Assembly: GCA_050733535.1 (NCBI GenBank)
Contig: JBOHTH010000114.1
Span: forward strand, 1 to 55,575
DNA: 55,575 nt
Reading direction: 5' to 3'
Origin: Gemmatimonadaceae bacterium
Lineage (GTDB): Bacteria; Gemmatimonadota; Gemmatimonadetes; Gemmatimonadales; Gemmatimonadaceae
How positions within the stretch are numbered: the first letter of the stretch is position 1; every line of letters starts with the position of its first letter. The translations under genes and the position numbers were made by a program. The notes beneath the pieces were generated by a model. It did not search any database. It saw only the letters and a program-made list of their open reading frames with translations, and was not told the DNA's origin. Of the stretch, positions 25,978 through 35,123 are shown one piece after another.

Positions 25978-26837
25978 TCGTGGGCCAGTCGGTATGCCAG
26001 GTTGCGCGGCGCGTGCGACTCCTCAGTGAGTACGCGCGCCACCTCGCGTGCGCTCAACCCCTGCGCGCGCAGGTCGCGCGCCAGCCCACGGAGCGCGGTT
26101 TCATCGGGCGCCGCCGCCGTCGCGCCCTCGACGACGAGTACGACCTCGCCGCGCGGTGCCGCCTCCTGGTATGACTCCGCCAGCGACCGGACGGTTCCCC
26201 GGCGGAACTCCTCGAACTGCTTGGTGAGTTCGCGCGCGACCACCGCGCGGCGCTCGCCCGCACCCGCCGCCGCGAGCGCCCCGAGCGTGTCGCCCACGCG
26301 CGCCGGCGCTTCGTAGACCACCGCCGTATGGGTCAGCGCGACAATCTCCGCGATCGCCGCCGACCGCTCCCTGCCCTTGCGCGCGAGGAAGCCAAAAAAC
26401 GTGAAGCGGTCGGCGGAGATCCCCGAGGCGACGAGCGCCGCGAGCAGTGCCGACGCCCCTGGAACCGGCGAGACGGTGATCCCTGCATCGATCGCCGCGC
26501 GCACAAGCCGCGCCCCCGGATCGGAAAGGAGCGGCGTCCCCGCGTCCGAAATCAGCGCGAGCGATTCGCCCGCCACGAGGCGCGCAACCAGCCGCGGCGT
26601 CGTCTTCGCCTCGTTGTGCTCGTGGTGCGCGACCAGCGGCGTCGCGATCCCGTGGCGCTCGAGCAGCGGACGCGAATGCCGCGTGTCTTCGGCGAGCACC
26701 GCGGCCACGGCGCCGAGCGTTTCCACCGCGCGCACGCTCAGGTCCGACAGGTGTCCGATCGGCGTGCTCACGATGTAAAGCACGGCCGGTCGAATTTCCC
26801 GCCCTCCGCCCGTTTGGCCGTCCTCCTCACTCCTCAC
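25974..26837 (-). CDS. rsmI: 16S rRNA (cytidine1402-2'-O)-methyltransferase
   Basis: Contains LYIVSTPIGHLSDLS.RA...L, LAEDTRHS and LISDAGTPLLSDPG motifs. I chose the GTG at 26837 (GTGA overlap with the upstream stop); the track ORF's 75-codon extension overlaps the upstream gene. Confidence 0.85.
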   Translation of the reverse strand: MRSEEDGQTGGGREIRPAVLYIVSTPIGHLSDLSVRAVETLGAVAAVLAEDTRHSRPLLERHGIATPLVAHHEHNEAKTTPRLVARLVAGESLALISDAGTPLLSDPGARLVRAAIDAGITVSPVPGASALLAALVASGISADRFTFFGFLARKGRERSAAIAEIVALTHTAVVYEAPARVGDTLGALAAAGAGERRAVVARELTKQFEEFRRGTVRSLAESYQEAAPRGEVVLVVEGATAAAPDETALRGLARDLRAQGLSAREVARVLTEESHAPRNLAYRLAHE

Positions 26838-27820
26838 CACTCGACCTTCCACGGGAGCGCGTCGAAGAGCCCCGCGGACTGGAACATGTGCCGTCGCTCG
26901 CGGGCGAGTTCGCCGATCAGGTGCGCCGGCGTCGCGCCGTCCTCCGGCGCGACCGTCCAGAGCACCTCGCCGATCCACGCGCCAATCGCGGCGCTCAGCT
27001 CCGGCGTCTCGGTGACCGGGTCGCGCGGGTGGGGGTGCAAGAGCGAAAACCGGTCGAGGCACGGGTGGCGATCGACGAGCTGCAGCCGGGCATGCTCCGT
27101 GACCGAGGGCGCGCCGTCCACGCCGCCGTCCACGAGGCGCTTCACGATCGCGGTCACCAGGTCGCGATACGCCTGAATCATCGCGGGTGGCGCCTGCACC
27201 GGCAGCGGCGGCGGCACCGGCCAGAGGCGCGTCTTCTTTCGTTCCGTGGGGCGGCCGCCGGCAAGCAGCGTGGTGACCATCGCCTCCGCGTTCGCGGGAC
27301 CCGCGTCGGCAAAAAAACCGCGGGTAACGCTGCCGCCGCGCACCATGCCATAGTTGACGCTGCCGCTCTCCGCGTGCACCTCGACCACGCCGTCGTGCAT
27401 CGTCGCGTGGAGGTATGCGAACACCGCGGCGGGATCGTGCACGTCGAGCTCGGCCGGCCAGGCGAGCGGATCGACCACCTGCGACCAGTACATCGTCGCG
27501 AGCTGTTCGTCGTGCGCTTCGCAGAAACAGATCTCGCCGAACTCTGCCGCCGACGGCACCATCGCCACCGCCTCGGCGATCGACAGCGCGCGAAACTGAA
27601 GGCCGTCGAGCGTCGCCGTGGCGTTCACGACCTCACCCTCCTGCAGGTAGAGCAGCAGGAGTTCCTCCGGCAGCCAGACTTCGACGTATCCGTACACCTT
27701 CGCCGCGCGGTCTCGCTTGGCGTCGGTCAGCAGGTTGCGGAGATGGACGTACGCCAGACGCGTGCGTGAAAGCAGCACGCGGTCATGCGGGTAGTGCAGC
27801 GTCGCGGCGGGAAGGGGCAT
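26834..27820 (-). CDS. hypothetical protein
   Basis: A 328-aa ORF translationally coupled to rsmI. Its N-terminus (YGYVEVWLPEELLLLYLQEGEVVNA) loosely resembles the DUF4388 pattern. I recognise no catalytic motif. Confidence 0.4.
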   Translation of the reverse strand: MPLPAATLHYPHDRVLLSRTRLAYVHLRNLLTDAKRDRAAKVYGYVEVWLPEELLLLYLQEGEVVNATATLDGLQFRALSIAEAVAMVPSAAEFGEICFCEAHDEQLATMYWSQVVDPLAWPAELDVHDPAAVFAYLHATMHDGVVEVHAESGSVNYGMVRGGSVTRGFFADAGPANAEAMVTTLLAGGRPTERKKTRLWPVPPPLPVQAPPAMIQAYRDLVTAIVKRLVDGGVDGAPSVTEHARLQLVDRHPCLDRFSLLHPHPRDPVTETPELSAAIGAWIGEVLWTVAPEDGATPAHLIGELARERRHMFQSAGLFDALPWKVEW

Positions 27821-27849
27821 GAGGTAGCGCTACCTTCCCGCCGACGTGT

Positions 27850-28176
27850 TTACGCTGCGTGCTGGTCGAACTTTGCCGCCAGCTGCGCCTTGGGAACCGC
27901 GCCGACGACCTGATCGACGAGCTTGCCGTCCTTGAAGAACAGCAGCGTCGGGATCGAACGCACGTTGAAACGCATTCCCGTTTTCTGATTGTTGTCCACG
28001 TCCAGCTTGGTCACCTTGACCTTGCCCTCATATTCCACGGCCAGCTGTTCGAGAATAGGGGCGATCATTCTGCATGGGCCACACCACGTCGCCCAGAAAT
28101 CCACGACCACCACACCGGTGTGCTTCTCGACCTGCGACTCGAAGTCGGAGTCGGTTACCGCAATTGCATTCGCCAT
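27850..28176 (-). CDS. trxA: thioredoxin
   Basis: A 108-aa protein with the WCGPC active site and the FKDGK motif. The ATG is at 28176; the upstream part of the 259-aa track ORF is spurious. Confidence 0.95.
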   Translation of the reverse strand: MANAIAVTDSDFESQVEKHTGVVVVDFWATWCGPCRMIAPILEQLAVEYEGKVKVTKLDVDNNQKTGMRFNVRSIPTLLFFKDGKLVDQVVGAVPKAQLAAKFDQHAA

Positions 28177-28221
28177 TGTGCTGCTTTCTCCCACGGTGAG
28201 ACTTTCGCTAACCTTAGCTGC

Positions 28222-28617
28222 ATGAGACCAACCCGTATCGCCCACGTCGGCATCGCGGCGGCGAGCGTCGACGCGCTGATTCCTTTCTATCGCGACGTCC
28301 TCGGACTGCCCGAGACACCGCTCGATGACAGCGACGGCGCCCGCATTGCCGGACTCGCCGCCGGTGACTCGCTCATCGAACTCCTTGAACCCGCGGATGC
28401 CGCATCGCCAATCGCGAAGTATCTCGCCAAGCGCGGACCCGGCATCCACCACATCTGCTTCACCGTCGACGACCTCGACGCCACGCTCGCCCGCTGCCGC
28501 CGCTCGGGGATCACACTGATCGACGAGACACCGCGCGTCGGCGCCGAAGGCAAGCGCATCGCCTTCCTGCATCCGAAATCCACCGGCGGAGTGCTCGTCG
28601 AACTGTCTGAATACTAA
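28222..28617 (+). CDS. mce: methylmalonyl-CoA epimerase (VOC/glyoxalase family)
   Basis: Contains IAHVGIAAASVDALIPFYRDVLGL, GPGIHHICFTVDDLD, AFLHPKSTGGVLVEL. The ATG is at 28222. Confidence 0.8.
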   Translation: MRPTRIAHVGIAAASVDALIPFYRDVLGLPETPLDDSDGARIAGLAAGDSLIELLEPADAASPIAKYLAKRGPGIHHICFTVDDLDATLARCRRSGITLIDETPRVGAEGKRIAFLHPKSTGGVLVELSEY

Positions 28618-28649
28618 CCGGCCGGGCAAGTGCCGTGTTCGTGCCCAGC

Positions 28650-29093
28650 TCAGCCGATCGGCTTGGAACAGAATCCCTTGTTCTGCAGTTCGACTATCTC
28701 GAAGACTTCCACATACCAGCGGCTCGATGGCCCCTGCACCACGGTGAAATGCGGCGACGCGGTCAGCGTCCCTTGCGTGAGGTCCACGGTGAAGATTTCG
28801 GATCCGCCGGCGCCGCGCACGGGACCCGAGACGACCGATTTGTCATGGCGCAGGCATTGGGCCTGGATGAGTAGCTGGCGCTCGACCATCGCACGGTCGG
28901 CGTGCTCGCGGAGCGGGCCCTGATTGTTGCCGAAGACGGCGCCGAGCGCCTGGATGTCCTGCGCGCGGGCCCCGGCGAGGAATCGGTCGATCGCGTCCCG
29001 CGGAGTTGCGCCGCCGGTCATGGCAGACTCGCGGACGGGGACTGTCCGGCACGCGGAGGCGACGAGCACGAGCACAAATGCGATTCGCTTCAC
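28650..29093 (-). CDS. hypothetical lipoprotein
   Basis: The GTG at 29093 is preceded by GGAG. The lipobox is VLVASAC. No known domain recognised. Confidence 0.45.
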   Translation of the reverse strand: MKRIAFVLVLVASACRTVPVRESAMTGGATPRDAIDRFLAGARAQDIQALGAVFGNNQGPLREHADRAMVERQLLIQAQCLRHDKSVVSGPVRGAGGSEIFTVDLTQGTLTASPHFTVVQGPSSRWYVEVFEIVELQNKGFCSKPIG

Positions 29094-29182
29094 TCTCGGC
29101 TCCGATTTCGGTGGATGAAGCGAACCTAATCGGACACGTGAATGCCAGCAAGCACTGACCATCCACAATAGATTTCACCGCC

Positions 29183-29899
29183 ATGTTCCTCCGCCTCTGC
29201 ATCAACATCGATCACGTCGCCACGCTCCGGCAGGCGCGCAAGACCGACGAGCCGGACCCGGTCGCTGCGGCGCGCATCTGCGAGGAGGCCGGCGCGGACG
29301 GGATCACCGCGCACCTCCGTGAGGATCGGCGGCACATCCAGGACGCCGACGTCGAAGGGCTGATCCGCACGCTCCGCACGCCGTTCAACCTCGAGATGGC
29401 GCGCACGGAGGAAATGCTCGGCATCGCCGAGCGGCTGAAGCCGCATCAGGTGACGCTCGTGCCGGAAAAACGGGAGGAGATCACCACCGAAGGCGGCCTC
29501 GACGTCACGCGCGAACCCGAGTTGCTGTCCGCGGCCATCGCGCGCCTCAAGAAGGCCGGAATCCGCACGAGCCTGTTCATCGACCCCGTACCGGTAATGA
29601 TCGAACGCTCCGCCTTGCTCGGCGCCGACGCGATCGAGATGCACACCGGCACCTACGCGCACCACCCCGGTGACGCGCGCGCGATCAACGCCCTGCGAGA
29701 CGGAGCGCGGCAGGCCGCGTCGCTGCGGCTCGCCGTGCACGCCGGCCATGGTCTCACCGCGAGGAATGTCGGCAAGGTGGCCGCGATCCCTGAAATCGAG
29801 GAACTCAACATCGGGCACTCGATCGTCTCGAACGCGGTGTTTGTTGGGCTGGCGGCCGCGCTGAAGGCCATGCGGCAGGCGATGGATGCCGCAAGATGA
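29183..29899 (+). CDS. pdxJ: pyridoxine 5'-phosphate synthase
   Basis: Contains [27 protein letters not shown] and NIGHSIV motifs. Confidence 0.95.
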   Translation: MFLRLCINIDHVATLRQARKTDEPDPVAAARICEEAGADGITAHLREDRRHIQDADVEGLIRTLRTPFNLEMARTEEMLGIAERLKPHQVTLVPEKREEITTEGGLDVTREPELLSAAIARLKKAGIRTSLFIDPVPVMIERSALLGADAIEMHTGTYAHHPGDARAINALRDGARQAASLRLAVHAGHGLTARNVGKVAAIPEIEELNIGHSIVSNAVFVGLAAALKAMRQAMDAAR

Positions 29900-29921
29900 T
29901 GGGCGATCGAAGTCAGTCATC

Positions 29922-29954
29922 CTTCGGTCTTCGGTCTTCGGTCTTCGGTCTTCG
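29922..29954 (-). repeat. GACCGAA heptamer microsatellite, inverted orientation (about 4.7 units of CTTCGGT)
   Basis: The sequence cttcggtcttcggtcttcggtcttcggtcttcg follows directly after the pdxJ stop. Confidence 0.9.
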
Positions 29955-30032
29955 TTACCTGTTCCGCCCCATGCCGCTCAATCGTCTTATAAGTTGCCGC
30001 CCCTGCATCACAACCTTAGTGTTTGAGTTCTC

Positions 30033-31547
30033 ATGAGCACCGGCTTGCTGGATTTTTTCGTCCTCGAGGGCAGTGAGTGCGTTGAGCAGCTCGACGCGCT
30101 CCTGGCACGCACGGCGCCGGGCTCGCCGGACATCGACGCGTTCGCCCGAACCGCCCGTGCGCTGCGCGGCAGCTCCACCATGGCGAGAGTCCAGGGAATC
30201 ACGGATATCGCCAACGCGCTCGAGCGCATCGCGCGCGGCCTGCGCGACGGCAGCCTCCAGTGGACACCACAACTCCGCGCCGCGCTCGTCGCCTCGGTGG
30301 ACGACCTCAAGATCCTGATGCGCGGCGCCCGCTCCTGGGGGAGCACCGAAGGCGCGCGCGCCTCGCAATGCACGAAAGAGCTGAGCACGTTCGCGCCGGC
30401 GCAGCGCCGCGCGGCGCCCACCCCCGTGGCCATCGCCGGCAGCGCGAGCTTCCTCGCCGTGCAGACCGCCGACGTCGCCGCCGGCCTCCAGCAGTTCGCG
30501 GACCTGCCGACCCCGGCCGCGGCGTTCGCGGACACCCTCGCGCGCATCCGCGCGCTCCGCGGCGTGGCCGCGCTGCTCGACCTCCCTCCGCTCGCCGAAG
30601 TGGTCGCGGTCGTCGACGACGCGGCGAAAGGACTCGAAATAGGAACCGCCACAGCAACCGACGCACTGCGCGGCCTCTTTCGCGCCGCCGCGATCGTGCT
30701 GCGCGAAGGATCAGTCGCCCTCAAAGCCGGCGGACGACCCGACGCGGGCACGGACGCGGTCTTCGCCTTCACTGTTGCGGCAAAGGGCTTCGTCCCTGGC
30801 CAGGGCGACGACGAGCAGGTCGTCCCGATTCACACGCTGTTTCCCGACGACGCCGGCAATCATGTCGTCCACGCAGAGCCGAACCCGCCGACGACGCCCG
30901 CCGCGCGCTTCAAGCTCGAGGTGGTGAGCCAGGCCGAACACCTGCGCCGGCTCGTTGGCGACGCGCGACTCGCCGTTGACGCGCCGTCACGCCAGCGTCT
31001 CGGTCACGAACTGCGCAGCGCGGTGCGCACGCTCGCACGCTCCGCGGCGAGCTTCGGTGAAACGCAAGTCGCGCACGCGCTTGACGCGCTCATCGAGGGC
31101 GCGGTGCACCTCGATCCGCTCGCCCTCACCGGCCTCGACGAGGCGGGCGTGCTGCTCGCGTCGCGTGTCGACACGCCGCTCGCGCCGCAAATCGCCGATA
31201 TCGTCGCGCGCGCGACTCCGGTCCGCTCCGCCACGCCCGTGCCGTCCGCTACGCCCGTGCCGTCCGCTGCGCCACCGTCCTCTGTCGCTCCATCCGGCCC
31301 CGCACTGCACGAACTGCTTGGCACCGGAATCAGCGGACTCGCTGCACTGGAGAGCACGCCGCTCGCCGAACCAACGGAAGTCGAAGACGACGGAGTCGTG
31401 CCGATCCAGGATCTGCTCTACCGGGGCCGCGCGGCGCTGCGCCGTGCCGCGCAGCTCGGGCAGGAGTTCCGTCGCGCCGCATCTGCACCGAGCGCCGACG
31501 ACCTCGCCGAACTGTACGACCTGCTCGAACTCGCCGAGGCAGAGTAG
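30033..31547 (+). CDS. hypothetical protein with three Hpt-like helical repeats that lack the phospho-accepting His
   Basis: Three segments resemble the Hpt core H-x-L-K-G-S-A but carry Arg at the His position: TARALRGSSTMA, RIRALRGVAALL, AVRTLARSAASF. Also has a Pro/Ser/Ala-rich linker (ATPVRSATPVPSATPVPSA). Confidence 0.4.
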   Translation: MSTGLLDFFVLEGSECVEQLDALLARTAPGSPDIDAFARTARALRGSSTMARVQGITDIANALERIARGLRDGSLQWTPQLRAALVASVDDLKILMRGARSWGSTEGARASQCTKELSTFAPAQRRAAPTPVAIAGSASFLAVQTADVAAGLQQFADLPTPAAAFADTLARIRALRGVAALLDLPPLAEVVAVVDDAAKGLEIGTATATDALRGLFRAAAIVLREGSVALKAGGRPDAGTDAVFAFTVAAKGFVPGQGDDEQVVPIHTLFPDDAGNHVVHAEPNPPTTPAARFKLEVVSQAEHLRRLVGDARLAVDAPSRQRLGHELRSAVRTLARSAASFGETQVAHALDALIEGAVHLDPLALTGLDEAGVLLASRVDTPLAPQIADIVARATPVRSATPVPSATPVPSAAPPSSVAPSGPALHELLGTGISGLAALESTPLAEPTEVEDDGVVPIQDLLYRGRAALRRAAQLGQEFRRAASAPSADDLAELYDLLELAEAE

Positions 31548-31553
31548 CGCGGA

Positions 31554-32576
31554 ATGAAGAACGGCATCCGCGGCGCACTGGGGTTTATCCTGAGTGCGCT
31601 GCTCCTCTGGTGGACCATGAAGGACACCAGTGTGCCCGCCGTGTGGGACGTGCTCACCAAGTCGAACCTGCCGCTGTGGCTCGCTTGCATGGTGTTCGCG
31701 ACGGCGATATTCCCGCTGCGTGCGCGGCGATGGCAGGCGCTGCTTGCGCCCGTCTATGGCCGCCTTCCGTTTCGCTCGCTCTGGCAGTCGACCGCGATCG
31801 GCATGATGGCGACGAACGTGCTCCCGCTGCGCGCCGGCGAGTTCGCGCGCGCATTCGCACTCTCGCGCGCGGAGCCGCAGGTGAAGTTCACCGCCGCATT
31901 CGCGTCCGTAGCGGTCGACCGGCTTTTCGACGGCACAGTCGTTCTCCTGCTGATGCTGCTCGCGACGCTCGATCCCGCGTTTCCATCGCAACAGGCCATC
32001 GGCGATCACACGCTCGCATTCTATCTGAAGCCGACGGCAATTTTTCTCGCGGTCGTGCTCGCCGGTCTGGTGGCGTTCGTGGTCGCACCGGATCGGGTAT
32101 TCGCGATTTCCGACGCGATCATGCGGCGTATCGCGCCGCGCCTTGAGCCGAAGGTGCGCGGGATGCTGGAGGGATTCGTGTCCGGCTTACATGTACTGCG
32201 CAGCCCGATCCTGATCGCCGAGGTTTTCTTTTGGACTGTGCTGCACTGGCTGTGCAACGCGTTCGCCTTCTGGCTCGGATTCCGCGCCATGGGGCTTGGC
32301 ACCCCGTTCTCGGCCGGCCTGCTGATTCAGGGATTGGTCGCGATTGGCGTATCGGTTCCCTCCACGCCCGGGTTTTTTGGCCCGTTTGAGTTCTTCGGCA
32401 AGGCAGGGCTCGCCGTGTACGGGGTGAGCAGCGCCACCGCAGTCGGCTGGGTGCTTGGCTTCCACGTCCTCTCATTCATTCCGATCACCATCATGGGCGT
32501 GTGGTACCTGACGCGCATGAAACTCCATTTCCGCGATTTCAGCGGCGCGGCTGGCGCGCCGACCGCAACGGCGTGA
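31554..32576 (+). CDS. UPF0104 / lysylphosphatidylglycerol-synthase-TM-region family membrane protein (flippase-like)
   Basis: About 8 predicted TM helices. The N-terminus (ALLLWWTMKD...V...L...N..W....V........LRA.RW..LL) is typical of this family. Confidence 0.65.
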   Translation: MKNGIRGALGFILSALLLWWTMKDTSVPAVWDVLTKSNLPLWLACMVFATAIFPLRARRWQALLAPVYGRLPFRSLWQSTAIGMMATNVLPLRAGEFARAFALSRAEPQVKFTAAFASVAVDRLFDGTVVLLLMLLATLDPAFPSQQAIGDHTLAFYLKPTAIFLAVVLAGLVAFVVAPDRVFAISDAIMRRIAPRLEPKVRGMLEGFVSGLHVLRSPILIAEVFFWTVLHWLCNAFAFWLGFRAMGLGTPFSAGLLIQGLVAIGVSVPSTPGFFGPFEFFGKAGLAVYGVSSATAVGWVLGFHVLSFIPITIMGVWYLTRMKLHFRDFSGAAGAPTATA

Positions 32577-33457
32577 CGGTGGGAGCGCCCGGTTCGCGCA
32601 CCGCGCGCGTTGAGGCGCAGGCCAAGATCAACCTGTTCCTGCGGATTCTTTCGCGGGAACCAAGCGGGTACCATCAGCTCGAGACGCTGTTCCAGCGCAT
32701 CGCGCTCGCCGACGCGGTAACCGTGCGGACGGGAGGCAGTGGACGGTCGCTGGACTGCCGTGGCGCGGGCACGGGGCCAGTGGAGAACAACTTGGCGTGG
32801 CGTGCGGCCGTGGCGTATGCCGAGGCGGCGGGCGGGCCGGCGAACTTCCAGATCGAGATCGAGAAGCGGATTCCGGTCGGCGGCGGCCTCGGCGGAGGGA
32901 GCGCAGATGCCGCCGCGGTGCTGCGCGCGCTCAATGCACTCGCGGAGCGCCCGCTCGACGACAGCACGCTTGCCGCACTCGCGTTCTCGCTCGGCGCCGA
33001 CGTGCCGTATCTGCTCTCCACGCACGCGCTCGCGCTCGGCTCGGGGCGCGGCGAGAAGCTGTTTCCGCTCGGCGCACTGCCCGCCCGGAAGGTGCTGCTC
33101 GCGGTGCCACAGTTTGGCGTGTCGAGCGCCGACGCATTCGGGTGGTATGACGCGCAGAAGACCTCGCGCCACTCCGGCACGCGCGCGACGCTCCCGGTGG
33201 GGCGCAAGCTCGAGTGGAGGACGATCGCCGCGCTTGCAGCGAACGACCTCGAGAGCGTGGTGGCCGAACATCATCCTGAGATTTCCGCGCTCCGCGACGC
33301 ACTTCGTCGCGAGGGGGCGATCATGGCGCACATGAGCGGATCCGGATCGGTGGTGTTCGGGGTATTCGAGTCGGCCGTTCCACAGCGCGCGGCGACCGGC
33401 GCTCAGATCATTGAGACATCGACGGTCGAGCGGGTAGCCGAAATCGAAACGGGTTGA
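32573..33457 (+). CDS. ispE: 4-diphosphocytidyl-2-C-methyl-D-erythritol kinase
   Basis: Contains AKINLFLRIL and the GHMP kinase motif IPVGGGLGGGSADAAA. The GTG at 32573 forms a GTGA overlap with the upstream stop. Confidence 0.9.
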   Translation: MTVGAPGSRTARVEAQAKINLFLRILSREPSGYHQLETLFQRIALADAVTVRTGGSGRSLDCRGAGTGPVENNLAWRAAVAYAEAAGGPANFQIEIEKRIPVGGGLGGGSADAAAVLRALNALAERPLDDSTLAALAFSLGADVPYLLSTHALALGSGRGEKLFPLGALPARKVLLAVPQFGVSSADAFGWYDAQKTSRHSGTRATLPVGRKLEWRTIAALAANDLESVVAEHHPEISALRDALRREGAIMAHMSGSGSVVFGVFESAVPQRAATGAQIIETSTVERVAEIETG

Positions 33458-33883
33458 CGGTGGGCGGTCCGCAGCGCCGCGGCACCGACCGCGCCAAGAA
33501 AGAAAGAAAAGACCTTTGTTGCAGTTCCCTCTTGGACCATTCTTCCTGGTCAAGCAGCACGGCGTGCTCACGGGAATCTCCATCGCAGCCGTCCCGGTTG
33601 GACCGCACGCTCGCCGACTCAGGCTCGACCATCTTGGGGGCAGCGACTATCCAATGATCGATCAGCCTCATCATCAGCAGTCCCGACTTTGCAATCGTTG
33701 ATTCGCGCGTGTCCTCCTTGATGTTAGAGAAACAAGGTCTTTTGCCACGGGTCTTCACGGGTACACACGGGTCTACGGCGCGCACCGAAGATCCGTGCAA
33801 TCCGTGAAATCTGCGGCAAAGCTGTTGTTCAACCCGCCGTCCGCAGTTCTCTAAGCCGTCCATTCACGTTAGGTTTGTCGTGC

Positions 33884-33954
33884 TGCCCCCTCGTCCAACG
33901 GCAGGACAGCGGACTTTGGATCCGCGAATGGTGGTTCGAATCCACCGGGGGCAA
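33884..33954 (+). tRNA. tRNA-Gln (anticodon UUG)
   Basis: Manual fold: acceptor TGCCCCC/GGGGGCA, D arm GTCC/GGAC, anticodon stem GCGGA/TCCGC with loop CTTTGGA, and T arm GGTGG-TTCGAAT-CCACC. Confidence 0.9.
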
Positions 33955-34011
33955 CTCGGGTCTTCCGGCTTCACTCTTCCGGCTTCGTCACTTAGCTTAC
34001 AAGGCTGGGCC

Positions 34012-34965
34012 ATGGACGGTTTGTCGGTCCCAATGCACGGATTCCGCGTCCTTACGGGGACGGGGAACCCCGCGCTCGCGGCAGAAATCGCGGGACAGCT
34101 CGGCGTCGAGCTGTGCAAAGCGACGACCAGTCGCTTTGCAGACGGCGAGGTGTTCGTTCGCATCGATGAAAATGTCCGCGGTGCGGACGTCTTCATCGTT
34201 CAGCCAACGAATCCGCCCGCTGAGAATATCATGGAGCTGTTGCTCCTGATCGACGCGGTGCGGCGGGCGTCGGCGGCGCGCATCACCTGTGTGATGCCGT
34301 ACTTCGGCTACGGACGGCAGGACAGAAAGGATCAGCCGCGAGTTGCCATCGGCGCGAAGCTCATGGCGCGGATGATCGAAACAGCCGGTGCGGATCGCGT
34401 TCTCGGACTCGACCTGCACGCGCACCAGTTGCAGGGGTTTTTCGACCTTCCGGTCGATCACCTGTATGCGGCACCGGTGTTCACGGCGCACTACCGCAAG
34501 AAGCAGCTGCAGAACCTGGTTGTGGTTGCACCGGACGTCGGCAGCGCGAAGATGGCGCGCGGGTTCGCGAAACGGCTGAACGGCTCGCTCGCAATCATCG
34601 ACAAGCGGCGCCCGAAGGCGAATGTGGCGGAAGTCGTGAACGTGGTGGGTGAAGTCGAGGGAATGGATTGCCTCATTCCCGACGACATGATCGATACGGC
34701 GGGAACGGTGAGCGAGGCGGCGCGCGCGCTAAAGGCGTTGGGCGCCAAGGACATCTACGTCTGCGCAACGCATGCGCTGTTGTCGGGACCGGCGCGCGAC
34801 CGCCTCGCGGATGCGCCGATCACCGAGGTGGCGGTCACGAATTCGATTTTGATTCCCGACGAGCGGACGTTTCCAACGCTCTGCGTGCTGAGCGTCGGGG
34901 AGCTGCTGGCAAAAGCGATTCGATTCACTCACGCGGATCAGAGTGTGTCATCGTTGTTCGAATGA
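34012..34965 (+). CDS. prs: ribose-phosphate pyrophosphokinase
   Basis: Contains FADGEVFVRI, YFGYGRQDRK, DLHAHQLQGFF and DDMIDTAGT motifs. I chose the ATG at 34012; the ATG at 34033 is an alternative. Confidence 0.95.
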   Translation: MDGLSVPMHGFRVLTGTGNPALAAEIAGQLGVELCKATTSRFADGEVFVRIDENVRGADVFIVQPTNPPAENIMELLLLIDAVRRASAARITCVMPYFGYGRQDRKDQPRVAIGAKLMARMIETAGADRVLGLDLHAHQLQGFFDLPVDHLYAAPVFTAHYRKKQLQNLVVVAPDVGSAKMARGFAKRLNGSLAIIDKRRPKANVAEVVNVVGEVEGMDCLIPDDMIDTAGTVSEAARALKALGAKDIYVCATHALLSGPARDRLADAPITEVAVTNSILIPDERTFPTLCVLSVGELLAKAIRFTHADQSVSSLFE

Positions 34966-34984
34966 TGATGGAAGGTCGCAGTTG

Positions 34985-35033
34985 GAAGATGGAGGATGAC
35001 GGAAGTCACGAACATCTTCGGTCCTCCATCTTC
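34985..35033 (+). terminator. stem-loop after prs (contains a degenerate GACCGAAG word)
   Basis: A perfect 12-bp stem GAAGATGGAGGA / TCCTCCATCTTC is extended by GACGGAAG / CTTCGGTC. No clear U-tract follows. Confidence 0.5.
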
Positions 35034-35123
35034 GGTCGTAGTTGCAGTTTATTGCGCCGCCGGGCCGGCGAATGACCGGGCACCCACGTTGCGCACGATG
35101 TTCGATCAAGAAGGTGGATTGAT

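Noticed and set aside
27859-28221. The N-terminal 121 codons of the 252-aa plus-strand ORF, and the 259-aa minus-strand ORF spanning trxA and mce.
   Set aside because: Each is the antisense shadow of the other real gene. trxA (108 aa, WCGPC) and mce (131 aa, VOC fold) are divergent, and each has a clean ATG.
33408-33863. A 151-aa minus-strand ORF, and an internal MMRLIDHW... sub-ORF, in the ispE to tRNA-Gln gap.
   Set aside because: It overlaps the ispE 3' end, has no start codon at proper spacing from the AAGGAGG it contains, shows atypical codon usage and has no recognisable motif. I treat the region as non-coding (see the corresponding finding).
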